Source of the DNA: Squalus acanthias
Taxonomy: Eukaryota
NCBI GenBank assembly: GCA_030390025.1
Contig: CM059432.1
Coordinates: 31,064,001-31,128,000 of the forward strand
Direction of reading: 5' to 3'
Length of the DNA stretch: 64,000 nt
Shown: positions 12,121 to 25,620 of the stretch, piece by piece
Layout: every line of letters begins with the position of its first letter
Position numbering within the stretch: position 1 is the stretch's first letter
Program-made: the position numbers and the translations under genes
The notes under the pieces: generated by a model
What the model was told of the DNA's origin: nothing
The model's input: only the letters and a program-made list of their open reading frames with translations
Database searches by the model: none

Positions 12121-14344
12121 TGAAGGGATAATTACTAGTCCTAGCCCTTTTTGGGCCACCCCGGATCAGGCGTATTCCCCAGACGTTCACCTTCAACTAA
12201 AGTTAGAGATAGCCGAATCCTATAAGATGCTTAATTGGGTCTAAAGGTTCAGACTATCTCTCCCTAAAGGAAAGGAACGACTTCAAGATGTTACCGTCCT
12301 CCAGATAGCACTTTTAATAAGTTTAACTAGACTGTAACCTTCCGGATATTATGAGGGTCCGGAAAACCCCCCCAGAATTCTGCAACTCCTCACAAAAGAG
12401 TGTACAGAGATTGAGTTTGCGAGTTTGATACAGAAGTACTCTGTGAGACGATTCTAAAAATATATAGCTTTATTAAAGAACCGACATGTAGTAACAGTTG
12501 GTGAGTCAATCGCAACTTTAACAGTTCAAAATACAAATAGCTTACAATCCTATTCTCAGAGATCCTTATTCTCAAATTTTAACTTCGTTACATTTTTACA
12601 TTTCTACTTATTCTTAATCCAGAATATCCACCAAAATCAAATAAAAGTAACTTTTGATCTCCGAGACTCAAAGAGTTAAAAACTTACAGAGCCTGCCTCT
12701 GAAGCTGAGAATCGCCTGCCCGTTCCAGCGACTTCTGACTTCCTATCTGAAAGCTCTATATTTTATACGCTTTTTGCAGTGGCATATTCTTTGAAGTTTT
12801 CTGCTGATGTAAACTAATCATCTCCAGTCATCTTTCTGTTGACTTCTTTCTATTCTTACTGTCAATTCAGCTGCTAACTTGCAGAATTCTGTCTCTACCT
12901 TTAGGTGTTCGAAACTTTTCATAAAATATGGTTATAACAGATTTATCTATTTGATGCCATTCTTACGAGGTCTTCTATTGAATTCTTAAATCAGTTTAGC
13001 TGCTTGTAAGCCAGACTTCGCGTCTCCATGTTTTCCAAGTTCAACACATAAACAATGGCCTAGAAATTCGCGTGGCCGGCTTGCCGCGGGGGTAAGGATC
13101 GCGCGCGCTCTTACCCACCGCGCCTGCCGTTGTGTTTTGGGCCCACGGGAACTTCAGCTCCTGGGCCTGCTCCAAGTGCCGGTGCGCAGTGCTTGCGTGT
13201 CCCAGGGGCGCAGTTAGTGCGATGCGACCCCTGGGATCACGTGGGCCATGGAGAGCCAATGGCAGCAGACCATCTTTCATTCATAGATTTGACAGGAGAC
13301 CTGTCATATCTGTGAATTGAAATCGGCCCCAAAAGAACAGCTAAACTTAAAATAAATTTAAAAAAAACCATCACATTTATAAAATAACTATAGTTAAATA
13401 AATTAACCACTTTAAACAAAAATTTAAATTTTTGAAAAAATTAAAATACTTTTTAAAAGTTATAAAAATAAACTTACCTTTCTTTAAAGTATCTAAAAAG
13501 ATAAACCAGTTGAAAAAATTTTAAAATTATACTTAATTAACCACTTACCTTGTTCAAAAGGGGTCTTATGCCTCCTTTTTATTAGCGTAGAATCTTCAAT
13601 CCTTACCCTCGCGTAGAAACCTGAAAAAAAATCTAAGTGTGCAGCGTGCGCGCAGCCTCTAGCGCGCACGCGGTTCACCTAGGAACCGCCCCCTTCACCA
13701 TACCGGAAGTTCCGGTTTCCCGCGCATGCGCAGTGCATGCAGGAAACCGGCACTTTGGGAATGAATACGGGTGAGTACACACTGTGTACTCACGCGGGAA
13801 GGGTCGAATTTTTGGGCCAATGTGATTGCTTGGTGCATCTATTGATGTAATATTTACAAAGTCTTCTGTTTGTGCCTTTTACAATATGTAAATCAAAAAC
13901 ACTTCAACTGAGTACTTGATTCTTTCCCCAGCCATCTTAGTTGGTTATATTACAAACTTATGTTTCCTGTCTTTCATTTGATGTTACTTTTTACAAAGAC
14001 ACATGGTTTTTTTATGTTCTGTGTTTCTGTTCGAAGTGTTAGTTTTTAACACTTTAAACTGGGTATAGCTATTGTGTTGGTTCCAAACTGCAGACTTCTT
14101 GGAACCAACTCTTTGCTTCTTCAATAGGGCCATTGACTCAGTGTTAACAACCAATTCCCATTTCAAAAGCTTGTATGGTGTTTACAGCTTTGTGACTCAT
14201 CTTATCTCAGAAGCCTGTATTTACAGCTTTGTGTCGTTGAGGCTTTTAGATTTTTAAACCCAGTTTGTCGTATTTTAATAAAGTCAGAATTCTGTTCTGT
14301 TCATAGGATGGTGTATTTTTCTGAAATATGGCTATTCCTTTACA
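12121..14344 (-). mobile_element. Solo LTR-like element (about 1.46 kb without the nested MITE)
   Basis: TG...CA termini with short inverted ends (TGAAGGGATA / TATTCCTTTACA), 4-bp TSD GTAA (12117-12120, 14345-14348), minus-strand TATAAAA at 12761-12767 upstream of AATAAA at 12469-12474. Confidence 0.75.
13057..13818. mobile_element. Harbinger-like MITE (family X), nested in the solo LTR
   Basis: TIR GGCCTAGAAATTCG / CGAATTTTTGGGCC, TSD AAT; GC-rich ends and AT-rich centre; homologous to 44691-45419 in opposite orientation. Confidence 0.85.
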
Positions 14345-14704
14345 GTAAAGATCCCATGGCACTCCTCCAATCAAGGGCAAGTGAGTTCTCCTGGTGTCCA
14401 ACATTCATCCCTCAACCGACACCACTGAAACAAATTAACTGTCAATTCATCTCACTGATATTTGTTGGTCTTGCTGTGCGCATATTGACTGCCACTTTCG
14501 GCTAAAAAGTATCAATGACAACACTTAGAACCATAGAATGGAACAGCACAGAAGGAGGCCATTTGGCCAATCGTGCCTGTGCCGGCTCTTTGAAAGAGCT
14601 ATCCAATTAGTCCCACTCTCCTGCTCTTTTCTTTTCAAGTATATATCCAAGTAACTAATTGGATATGAATCATTTTGAGATATCCTGAGGACACGAAAGA
14701 CGAT

Positions 14705-15454
14705 GGGCCAGATTTTGCTGTCAAAATAATGGTGAGGCTAATGGCGTTTGCTGTTATTTATGGGTAAATTGTACAGCAACTTAAGGTGAGCAGCAGATGC
14801 GCGGTTAAATGCAAATATCCAAATTGCTGTCTGAGTTGTGCGCCTCCGCCGTTAGCTTCACAACAAAGGCTTTTCGCTGTCTTCCTCACCATTGACATGC
14901 ATTGAATGTTGTGAAGTTGTTGTATTTGCATGGTAGCTGCAAACTAAACCTGTTGCAGATATTTAGGGAAAGTAATTACAAGCGTAAGTACCCTTTTAAA
15001 GATGTGATGAGTATTAATAACTGCCAATCAATCTCACTCACACTGAAAATTTACTATGATAAGTGTAGTCTCATTCCTTCAGGTTGTAAATTGTTTTAGG
15101 AGATTTAAAAAATGTAAAATTTTAAATTTGTGTTCTTGCTTTTCCTTTCTGTCTCTTTTTTCTCTCTCTCTCTTAATCCAATTTTTCTTTCCCTCTCTTT
15201 ATTTCTATTTCTGTACCTGATTTGCCATTGAATTTGCTCCCTTTAATTCATCCTCCTACTCAGTCTTTCCACTGTTTATTTCCCAATCCTTAAATCTCAT
15301 TGGTTGCCCTGTTCACTCAGGTTGCAGATTCTCTGTTTCCCTCGCTGCGTTGTTATCAGCTTGCACTTTCAACAACTTTTGAGCTAAAGGCTGCGGGGCA
15401 AGTCTAACTAACGGCAGATACTGTTAGATAATCTGCTACAGCAAAATCTGGCCC
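14705..15454. mobile_element. Harbinger-like MITE
   Basis: Perfect 17-bp TIR GGGCCAGATTTTGCTGT / ACAGCAAAATCTGGCCC, TSD GAT. Confidence 0.88.
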
Positions 15455-15491
15455 GATATAAAGTTTGTGCTTCTAATGTTTGTTGTGAGCA

Positions 15492-15929
15492 AGAGAGGTT
15501 GAGTAGAATGGGCCTATACTCTCCGGAGTTTGGAAGAATGAGAGGTGAGCTCATTGAAAGATATAAGATTCCGAGAGGGCTTGGCAGGGTAGATGCTGAG
15601 AGGCTGTTTCCCCTGGCTGGAGAGTCTAGAACTAGGGATCACAGTCTCAGGATAAGGGGTCTCAGGATAAGCCATTTAGGACAGAGGTGAGGAGAGATTT
15701 CTTCACTCAGAGGGTTCTTTGGAATTCTCTACCCCAGAGGGCTGTGGATGCTCAGTCATTGAGTATATTCAAGTCTGAAATCGCTAGATTTTTGGAAGGG
15801 AATCAAGGGAAATGGGGATAGTGCAGGAAGTGGAGTTGAGGTTGAAGATCAGCCATGATCTTATTGGCGGAGCAGGCTCGAGGGGCTGAATGGGCTACTT
15901 CTGCTCCTATTTCTTATGCTCTTATGTTC
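15492..15929 (+). mobile_element. CR1 LINE 3' fragment
   Basis: GLYS..RMRGELIE.YK..RTRDHSL and CR1 3' UTR ending in CTTATG repeats. Confidence 0.88.
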
Positions 15930-16254
15930 AATTCCTCTTTGCTCCGGGAGCCCTACTAGAAGCAAGTTGCTCCTTGGAGCTCTGTTCTCCATGGAATCAT
16001 GTTTCCCTGCAAGACTCAACATAGCCCTGAATTGATAACTAGAAGGTATGAAGATTAAAGGGAGCGGTTAGGATAAGTGTTTTTTATGCAGAGGCTTGTT
16101 AGGACATGGAATGCCCTACCGCAAACAGTGGTGGAAACAGAATCCATAATAGCTTTTAATAGGGAAGTGGATAAATATTTGAAAAATAAAAATTTGAAAG
16201 GGTATGGGGAAAGGGGATAGCACTCTCAGAAAGCTGGCACTGCCATGATGGAGC

Positions 16255-16782
16255 ATAGAAACATTAGGAACAGGAGTAGGCCATTCAGTCCCTCAAGTCT
16301 GCTCCACCATTTAATTAGATCTGGCTGATCTGTACCTTGTCTCCATTTACCCATCTTAGCTCCACATCCCTTGATAACCTAATCTAACAAATATCTATTG
16401 ATCTCAGTCTTGAACGCTCCAATTGTCCCAGCATCCACAACCTTTTGGGGTGAGAGTTCCAGATTTCTACTACTCTTTGTTTGAAAAAGTGCTTCCTGAT
16501 TTCACTCCTGAATGGTTTGTCTCTAATTTTAAGATTATGCCCCTTTGTACTGGATTCCCTCAACAGAAGAAATAGTTTTACTTTATCTACCCTATCAGAT
16601 CCATTTATCATTTTAACCACCTCAATTCATCACCCCTCAATCTTCTAAACTCAAGGGAATACAAGCCAAGTTTATGCAGTCTGTCCTCATAATTTAATCC
16701 TCTAAACCCCAAATTCATTCTGGTGAATCTGGGCTGCACTCCCTCCAAGGCTAGTATATCCTTCCTGTGGTGCAGTGCCCAG
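16255..16782 (-). mobile_element. CR1 LINE 3' fragment
   Basis: ORF 16384-16620 TKGHNLK..RKHFFKQRVVEIWNS. Confidence 0.85.
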
Positions 16783-17857
16783 AATTATGTTGTGTGACTG
16801 CCAGGCGGGACTCCTGCTGGGAATTGGCTCTCCCTCACAGTAGCAGGTGGGAAGATGTGCATTGCAGCAGTCCTCACAGGCCTGTAACAGCGCAACTCGG
16901 GGTGAGATTGAGGCCTGCTGCCAAACGATCTCCACCCCCCACTGTGCCATCCTGCTGTTCCCACTAGTTAAAATGTTTTTTAAAAGTCTTAGCTGAGGTC
17001 CAAAGAATGCTGCTGGTTGCCCCTCTGCAGGTCCACTGACACCGTTCCTCTACCCTGGCGTCCGCCAAGCATGAAGGCTTGAAAATAGTGTGGGAGGCGT
17101 TACGTCACTCCCACGTTATTTACATCTGGTAGTTCGATGCTTCCACCCATCCCAGGGATGCCCCAGAAAAAGGGCGTCAAGCACAAACGAGGTAGCGACC
17201 TGGTCCCAGAATTTCCTCAGAGCTGCTCTTACTCCGCCATTGTAACTTCACCGGAAGTGCAACGGAAACCCCATTTAGGCATGCAAAATGGGGCTTTCGC
17301 CGCATGTCTGGCGTAGTTACAGCAGCTCTGAGGAAATTCTTGGCCCTGGTGTTATGGGTCTCCTTTCCTATTTCCACTGCCTAAGCTCCGGGAACTGGCA
17401 CACGCAGAGCGTTAGTCAGAGGAGAGTCACTCCCCTCATTTTGGTGGAGATTATGACCTCACAGGTGCGCGACACAGTTCTCATGTCATGGATCATTCTG
17501 CTCTAGGCCTAGTCACCAGTTGGTTAATTGATAACATTTGTTATCGCTCGACCTGCCCATCTACTGGCAAATTACTTGCCCTGAAAATTGTGCATGGGCA
17601 GTCTGTTCATTTTGTGAATTCAAACTGCAAATGTAAAAGTAATGACATGCCATCAGCATACCCACAGCAGCGATTCCACAATTCCGCGCTCCCACCAGAA
17701 TGCTGCACTTGGAGAGATCACAGGTCAGAGAATTCAGGACTGCAGGGATGTAACCCGAACTCCGACATGTGGTTCCTGTGAGCCTGTCTTGTGACGGGCT
17801 TCTGATTAAAATGTTGTGATATCACTGCAAGTAAGTACTGGGCAGTGTCGGAATACA

Positions 17858-18055
17858 AAAACAACAACAACAATTTGCATTAATGTAGCGCCTTTAATGT
17901 AGTATAATCAGACAAAAATTGACACCGTGCCAAAGGAGGAGATATTGGACAGGTGACCAAAATCTTGGTCAAAGAGATAGGTTTTAAGGAGGGTCTTAAA
18001 AGAGTAGAGAGAGGGAGAGATTTAGGGAGGGAGCGGAGAGGTTTAGGGATGGAAT
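17858..18055 (-). mobile_element. L2-clade LINE 3' end
   Basis: (CAA)n tail and LKTYLFDQ-coding segment, as at 26616 and 62223. Confidence 0.7.
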
Positions 18056-18589
18056 ATAGTAGGAAAAAAATACATTCACTGCCTGAGAGGATTAGATAAA
18101 TCCAACAGGTTCAGGGAATGTTATGGCTACAGGCAAAGTGACATTCAAGCATTATTTACATGGTTATTTTTTATTTTTAGTGAAGTCCTGTAAATCAATG
18201 AGATAAGCTTTTAAGCATTTTAGTTCCAGTCCTTGGAGCAGAAAGAGTCTATTCAGTCAAACGTCAGCAGAATAACTGGTCTCAAGAGCCCGCTAAAATA
18301 AATATAAACGATCGGCTTTGCTCTTGATGAGACTGCGGTCATGGTGGCTAATATTGAAGCTGAGGAGAAAGTTCTAAAAGCAAAGAAGGAATCAAAAAGT
18401 CAGACTGTGATTTACAGAAAAGTCAGCTGAGGATGGTTAATAGTAGAAGTATAGAGATGCAATAGAAAAGGAATCCAAAGATGCATTAGGAACATAGGAA
18501 TATCGAAGTGTACAGGACCAGAATTCATCTGGCCAGCCCCAGAATACACCTATGTCTCTCAAATTAACTTTCTCACTTTTGATAGAGTA

Positions 18590-18893
18590 ACTAAGGAGAA
18601 AGTGTTTCCATTGGCAGGGGGGCTGGTAACCAGAGGACACAGATTTAAGATAATTGGCAAAAGAACCAGAGGGGAGATGTGGAGATTTTTTTTTTTTACA
18701 CAGCAAGTTGTTATGATCTGGAATGCACTGCCTGAAAGGCAGATTCAGCAGTAACTTTCAAAAGGGTTGAATAAATACTTGAAAAGGACAAATTTGCTAT
18801 GGGGAAAGAACAAGCGTGTGGGACTAGGATCTTTCAAAGAGCCGGCACAGACCCGATGAGATGAATGGCCTCCTTCTGTGCTGTATGACTCTA
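18590..18893 (+). mobile_element. CR1 LINE 3' fragment
   Basis: ACCAGAGGACACAGATTTAAG...GAATGGCCTCCTTCTGTGCTGTATGACTCTAT tail. Confidence 0.85.
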
Positions 18894-18896
18894 TAT

Positions 18897-20060
18897 GGGT
18901 TCAATTGGGCCGAGTAGCGCCCATTTTTTAAGTGCTGTGCAGCCACCTAAGGTTCGATAATGCTGTCCAAAATGCGTGCACTACCGACGGAGTTTGTGCG
19001 CTGCAATGGAAGCTGTAACATCAGTCATCAGATGTTGCATCATGGTGGGTTCCACAGGTGTATTGATGGAAGTGACCATGCGTTCCACGTTGGAAAGGAT
19101 GGGCTCCAAACTCTGCGCAAAGCTCTGCGCCAAGTTGGAGGTGGAATCCTCCATGTTCCTTGACATTGTGCGCGAGCTTTCTGGTAGGCTTCGCAGTGCA
19201 CCAAACATTTGGTTGTGTATGCCCCTGAGCCTTTTTCAGTAGCTGGGCCGATCAAAGTCATCATCTGAGTCCTCTGCATCAGAACCAGTGTGAACTCGCC
19301 TTCTAGTGAGGTGGCACCTGTGGTGTCCTTCTCCCCTGCCGTGGCTCCTGCACACTTGGGCCCAGTGTCTCACCATGTAAAGATCCCGCCTTTGTCCTAT
19401 CCTCTAAAGTACATGCAGTGGCAGTCACTAAGCTATGATTCTATGAGTGAAAAAAGGTCAAGGGTTAGGTTGTTGTGAGGGGAGAGGAGAGAGTAAGAAG
19501 GGTGTACTTACACAATCCTCAGCTTGTGAGTCATAAGAGATTATGGGATGAGGGAGAAAGGAGAAGTGGGAAGAGAGAAGGAGGATTAGGTATGCAGTGA
19601 CCCTGATCATCGACTCCTACAGCGCCGCCAGTGGCCACAGCCTCAGTGATGCCCTTTGCCATGGTCGGCAGGATTGTCTCTTCCATGGGGTTTAAAACAT
19701 GCTGGTGTGCTTGTCCTCCTCCAGTTGCTTGCTGCTGCTGCCTATTGTGTAACATCTTCTCCTGTAAGAAAGAGGGAAGTGTGTCAGTGAGCGTCCTGAG
19801 ATATGTTTGGGTGATGTGGCTGTCATGAATTAATAGCTGTCAGTTGTGGGTACGAGGATGCAACAGTGCTAACTGTGTGAGGATGAGTCAAAACATATGA
19901 AATAAAGTATTCAGTACTGATTGATAGAGAGTGTTGGTAGGCAGAGGAAAGTGGTGTGTGAATTAAGCAGTTGATGAGGCTAGTGGTGGAGCTGTTAGAA
20001 TATGTATTGAAGACTGATCTAAAGTTGACAACTCTTGTTAGATCATTAAACTTCTTTCTG
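18897..20060 (-). mobile_element. Harbinger remnant carrying a spliced Myb/SANT (trihelix) gene fragment
   Basis: RKKFNDLTRVV(n) at ~20025-20060, intron ending TTACAG, exon EKMLHNRQQQQATGGG..; paralogous to 35280-36290. Confidence 0.7.
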
Positions 20061-20462
20061 GACAACAGCCAGGCTTTTGCTGATAAGTGGCAAGTAACAT
20101 TCGCACCACACAAGTACCAGGCAATGACCATCTCCAACAAGAGAGAGGCTAACCATCTCCTCTTGATATTAAATGGCATTACCATCACTGAATCCCACTT
20201 ATTGAATTGTTATCTGCTGTATTTGTGTACATTTGGTAGAATTGGTTACATTTGTCTTTGTATTGCATTTGGTTACAGTTGTAAACATATTTAGTTAGAT
20301 TTGACTCTATTTTTGTATATTTGAACACAGTTGCTGGAATATTTACCTGGGTTTGTCTGCGTTAATGCTGTATTTAGTACAGTTGGTGGTATATTTAGAT
20401 GGAATTATCTCTGGATTTTGCTGTATTTACAATGCAATTCCAGATATATTGAGATAGTTTTA

Positions 20463-22450
20463 AGAACATAAGAAATAGGAGCAGGAGTAGGCCATTTGGC
20501 CCTTCAAGCTTGCTTTGCTATTCAATAAGATCATGGCTGATCTTCTACCTCAACTCCATCTTTCCTGCACTATCCCCATATCCCTTGATTCCCTTAATAT
20601 CCAAAAATCTAGCCATCTCTGTCTTGAATATACTCAACGACTGCCCTCCTGGGTAGAGAATTCCAAAGTTTCATAAACCTTTGCGTGAAGAAATTTCTCC
20701 TCATCTCAGTCCTAAATGGCCGACCCCTTATTCTGAGACTGTGACCCCTGGTTCTAGACTCCCCAGCCAGGGGAAAACATCTTCCCAGCATCTACCCTGT
20801 CAAACCTTGTAAGAGTTTTATATGTTTCAATGAGACCACCTCTCATTCTTCTAAATTTTAGGGACCAAAAGACTTTTCTCCTCAATTTCTCCTCATAGGA
20901 CAATCCCCCCATCCCAGGAATCAGTCTGGTGAACCTTCGTTGCACTCCCTCTAAGTCAAGTATATCCTTCTTTAGGTAAGGAGACCAAAACTGTATACAG
21001 TACTCCAGGTGTGGACTCATCAAGGCCATATATAATTGCAGTAAGACTTCTTTACTCTTATACTCCAATCCTTTTGCAATAAAGGCTAACAGACCATTTG
21101 CTTTCCAAATTGCTTGTTGTACTTGCATGTTAACTTTCAGTGATTCGTGAACAAGGACACCCAGGTCCCTCTGAATACCAACATTTCCCAATCTCTCACC
21201 ATTTTAAAAATATTCTGCTTTTCTATTTTTCCTACCAAAGTGGATAACTTCACATTTCTTCACATTATATTCCATCTGCCATGTTCTTGCCCACTCACTT
21301 AATCTGTCTATATCCATTTTTTAGCCTCTTTGCATCCTCCTCACAAATTACTTTCCCGCCTAGCTTTGTATCGTCAGCAAACTTGGATACATTATACTCG
21401 GTCCCCTCATCTAAGTCATTGATATAGATTGTAAATAGCTGAGGCCCAAGCACTGATCCTTGTGGTACTCCACTAGTTACAGCCTGCCAAAGAAAGAAAG
21501 AAAGACTTAGATTTATATAGTGCCTTTCGTGATCACTGGATGTCGCAAAGCTCTTTACAGCCAATGAAGTCATTTTGGAGTAGTCACTGTTGTAATGTGG
21601 GAAAGGCCAACCCGAAAATGACCCATTTTTTCCTACTCTCTGTTTTCTGTCCATTAAACAATCCATAATCCATGCTATTATATTACCCCCGATCCCATTA
21701 CATAGGATTACATAGGATATACAGCACAGAAAAAAGGCCATTCGACCCAACCAGTCCATGCCGGCGTTTGTGCTCCACTCGAGCCTCCTCCCGTCTTTCC
21801 TCATCTAACTCTATCAGCATAATCCTCTATTCCCTTTTCCCTCATATGCTTATCTAGCCTCCCCTTAAATGCATCTATACTATTCGCCTCAACCACTCCC
21901 TCTGGTAGCGAGTTCACATTCTCACCACTCTCTGGGTAAAGAAGTTTCTTCTGAATTCCCTATTTGATTTTTTGGTGACTATCTTATAATGATAGTTCTG
22001 CTCTTTCCCACACGTGAAATCACTCTCTCTGTGTCTACTCTATCAAAACATTTCATTAATTTTCAAGAGAAAAGAGACCCAGCCTGTTCATTCTTTCCTG
22101 ATAGGTATAACCTCCCATGAGCCCTAATTTTGTATAATAACCTTTTATGTGGCACCTTTTCAAAAGCTTTCTGAAAATCCAAATACACCACATCCACTGG
22201 TTCCCTCTTATTTACCCTGCTCGTTACAACCTCCAAAAACTCGAACAGATTTGTCAAACACAATTTCCCTTTCATATATCCGTGTTGACTCTGCCCAATC
22301 ATATTATGATTTTCTAAGTGCCATGTTACCACGCCCTTAATAATAGATTCTGGCATTTTCCCTACTACTGATGTCAGGCTAACAGGTCTATAGTTCCTTG
22401 TTTACTCTCTCCCTCCTTTCTTGAATAACGGGGTTACATTTGCTACCTTC
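20463..22450 (-). mobile_element. CR1 LINE, interrupted by a SINE tail (~21490-21600) and another CR1 3' fragment (~21699-22114)
   Basis: ORFs 20754-21191, 21295-21804 ([14 protein letters not shown]) and 22063-22356 (YLDFQKAF). Confidence 0.85.
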
Positions 22451-23365
22451 CTTCCTAAAGTGTGGTACCCAGAATTGGACACAGTACCCCAGTTGGGGCT
22501 GAACCAGTGTTTTATACAGGTTCATCATAATTGAAACACTTTTGTACTCTATACCCCTATTCATGAAGCCCAGGATCCTGTAAGCCTTTTTACCTGCTTT
22601 CTCAACCTGCCCTGCCACCTTCAACGATGTGTGCACACATACCCCCAGGTCTCTGTTTGTGCACCCCCTTCAGGATTGTACCATTTAGTTTATATGTCCT
22701 CTCCTCATTCTTTCTACCAAAATGTATCACTTCACACTTTTCTGTGTTAAATTTCATCTGCCACGTGTCTGCCCATTTCACCAGCCTGTCTATGTCCTCT
22801 TGAAGTCTATCATGCTCCTCCTCACTGTTCACTATACTTCCAAGTTTTGTGTCATCTGCAGATTTTGAAATTGTGCCCTGTACAGCCACATCCAAGTCAT
22901 TAATATATTTCAAGAAAAGCAGTGGTCCTAGAACCGACCCCTGGAGAACACCACTGTATACCTTCCTCCAGTCTGAAAAACAACCGTTCACCACTACTCT
23001 CTGTTTGTTATTACTTAGCCAATTCCGTATCCATGCTGCCACTGTCCCTTTTATTCCATGGGTTTCAACTTTGCTGGCAAGCCTATTATGTGGCACTTTG
23101 TCGAACGCCTTTTGGAAATCCATGTACACTACATCAACTGCATTACCCTCATCAACCCTCTCTGTTACCTCATCAAAGCACTCAATCAAGTTGGTTAAAC
23201 ACGATTTGCCTTTAACAAATCTGGGCTGGCTTTCCTTAATGAATCCACACTTGTCCAAGTGACTGTTAATTTTGTCCCTGATTACTGTTTCTAAAAGCTT
23301 CCCCACTACCGAGGTCAAATTGACTGGCCTGTAGTTACTAGGTTTATCCTTGCACCCTTTTCCCA
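22451..23365 (-). mobile_element. CR1 LINE RT fragment
   Basis: ORF 22602-23366 NYRPVNLTS..YMDFQKAFDKV..QGSVLGP; same subfamily as 1-312 and 58030-58910. Confidence 0.9.
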
Positions 23366-24559
23366 ACTTTTACACTCGGTTTAGGATGCACTCCGATTTA
23401 GACCACTTTGTGCAGACCACTCTTTTGTCTGTATATTTTGCTCCATTTCTGTCCAGGTACAGGTACATTTAGATGCATCTGTCTCAATGTTGATATGTTA
23501 GGATAGTTTTCTCGCAGTATTTTGCTGTATTTAGTACAGTTGCAGTATATTTAGATGGATTGATTGAATGCCTCTACAGTAACTATTGAATTAGAGCCCT
23601 GATAATAACCCATGCAATTAAAATGATATCCTTGCCATATTTTTAGAGAATTTAAAATGGCACAGATTATTGGTGGTGACGATATTGTGAAGCACAAATT
23701 CATCTGGGCCTGTTTTTGGGGGACCCGTTTTCAGGAGGGCCGACACCGGCCCGAAATTCAGCCTTGGGCCTCATTTCAATAATTTGGGCAAGCTGCCAGC
23801 ACCTGTCGCACCTTCACAGGCAGCTTGTCCATCACTGAACTTGCCTCACCCCAGTGGTCCTTAAGTAATTACCGGGGGTTGGGGGCAATGGAGGACAGCA
23901 TCATGTTGTGAAATGTTGTGGAGCCGGGAGGAGTATTCCTGCCCCAACTGGCTCCAAATGAATTTTTTTTTTTAAATGTTTTTACTTACCTTTCTGGTGT
24001 CAGCCACTAACTAGGCCGCATCCATGTCTGGAAAACCTGAGGGGGCCTACAACAGACATTAGGCCCCTCATTAAAATATGCAAGGGACCTAACGCCTGTT
24101 TTAGGCTGCCACCCTGAACACATGAAAACTGGCCTGACTAAATTTCGGGTCAGACGTTTTTCAGGCGTCCTTAGAATATCTGTCCCCGAATTTAGGCTTT
24201 GTTACTCCTGTTTTATGCCTGTAAAATGGCCGCAGCTAGATCCAATTTCTTCCAAAAAAAACTTGCATTAGAGGTTGTACGTGTAATGACACTGTGAAGA
24301 TTTTCATCATTGTTTTGCCCGTCACAAATCGGCATGAATTTTGTGACTTCCTTACAAAATGTTGTTACAGGAGGATCTTTAACACATCAGAAAACCCTGA
24401 AGGCTTTTGTTTGTTATGGGAGTGTGGGCGATCAAACTATGATCTATCTCTGGGCCGATTAACTATGGCAGTTCTTCAGTGGGCGAATTACCCGAGTACA
24501 ATACATTTGAAGTTTGATAAATAAGTTCACAGTCACCTACTAACTGACTGGAATTAAAG

Positions 24560-25620
24560 TTCCTCTGAGCATCGGAATTGCTAGATGAAAAAAGACTAAG
24601 GACCGTCTAGTTCGCCTCCTATTATCCTGGTATTAGCATGGTACAATGATAATGGAATTGTTAACTAATCATAGCAATCAATCTCTGTCAATTAGTCTAC
24701 AGCCAACCCAGATATGAGGCAAGGAAAACCACAGTGGTGGACAGCTTTAGGAACCATAGGTCCAAAGTCACCTGTTTATCCCAAACATGCCACACTTCTC
24801 ACATGTCATCTTTCACATTATTGATATACCATATCCCAAAATATTATTTTCTGAAAGAAATCTATCTAATTTGCATATGAATGAATCAATACTAACTGCT
24901 TCCATCATCTCATTAGATTACATAGGATTACATTACATAGGATATAACAACAACACATTCATTCGGCTCAACCAGTCCATGCCGACGTTTATGCTCCACT
25001 CGAGCCTCCTCCCATCTTTCCTCATCTAAATCTACCAGCATAACTCTCTAATCCCTTCTCCCTCATATGTTTGTCCAGCCTCCCCTTAAATGCATCGATA
25101 CTATTCGCTTCAACCATTCCCTGTGGTAGCGAGTTCCACATTCTCACCACTCTTTGGGTAAAGAATTTTCTTCTGAATTCCCTATTGGATTTCTTGGTGA
25201 CTATCTTATATTGATGGCCTCTAGTTATGCTTTTCCCCACAAGTGGAAACATTCTCTCTGTATCCACTCTATCAAAACCTTTCATAATTTTATAGACCTC
25301 TATTAGGTAACCTCTCAGCCTTTTTTGAAGAGAAAAGAGACCCAGCCTGTTCATCCTTTCCTGGTATGTATACCCTCGCATTTCTGGTATCATCCTTGTA
25401 AATCTTCTCTGCACCCTCTCCAGTGCCTCTACATCCTTTTTATAATATGGCAAACTTGTTCCTTAGATTGACCATTCACTCGCTGAAATATTGTTTCCGC
25501 AGATTCATTTTGAATTTACCCTTCTTTGAGCGCAGGCTCTGTCCTCTGGTTCTACTGTTATGGACAACATGAAACAGGTTGTCATGGTCAACATTATCTC
25601 GTCCCTTTAGAATCATATGC
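24560..25620 (-). mobile_element. Old LINE-like 3' region with long UTR, interrupted by a younger CR1 fragment (~24916-25452)
   Basis: 24575-24870 is similar to 42813-43103; ORF 25022-25453 is a CR1 C-terminus. Confidence 0.7.
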
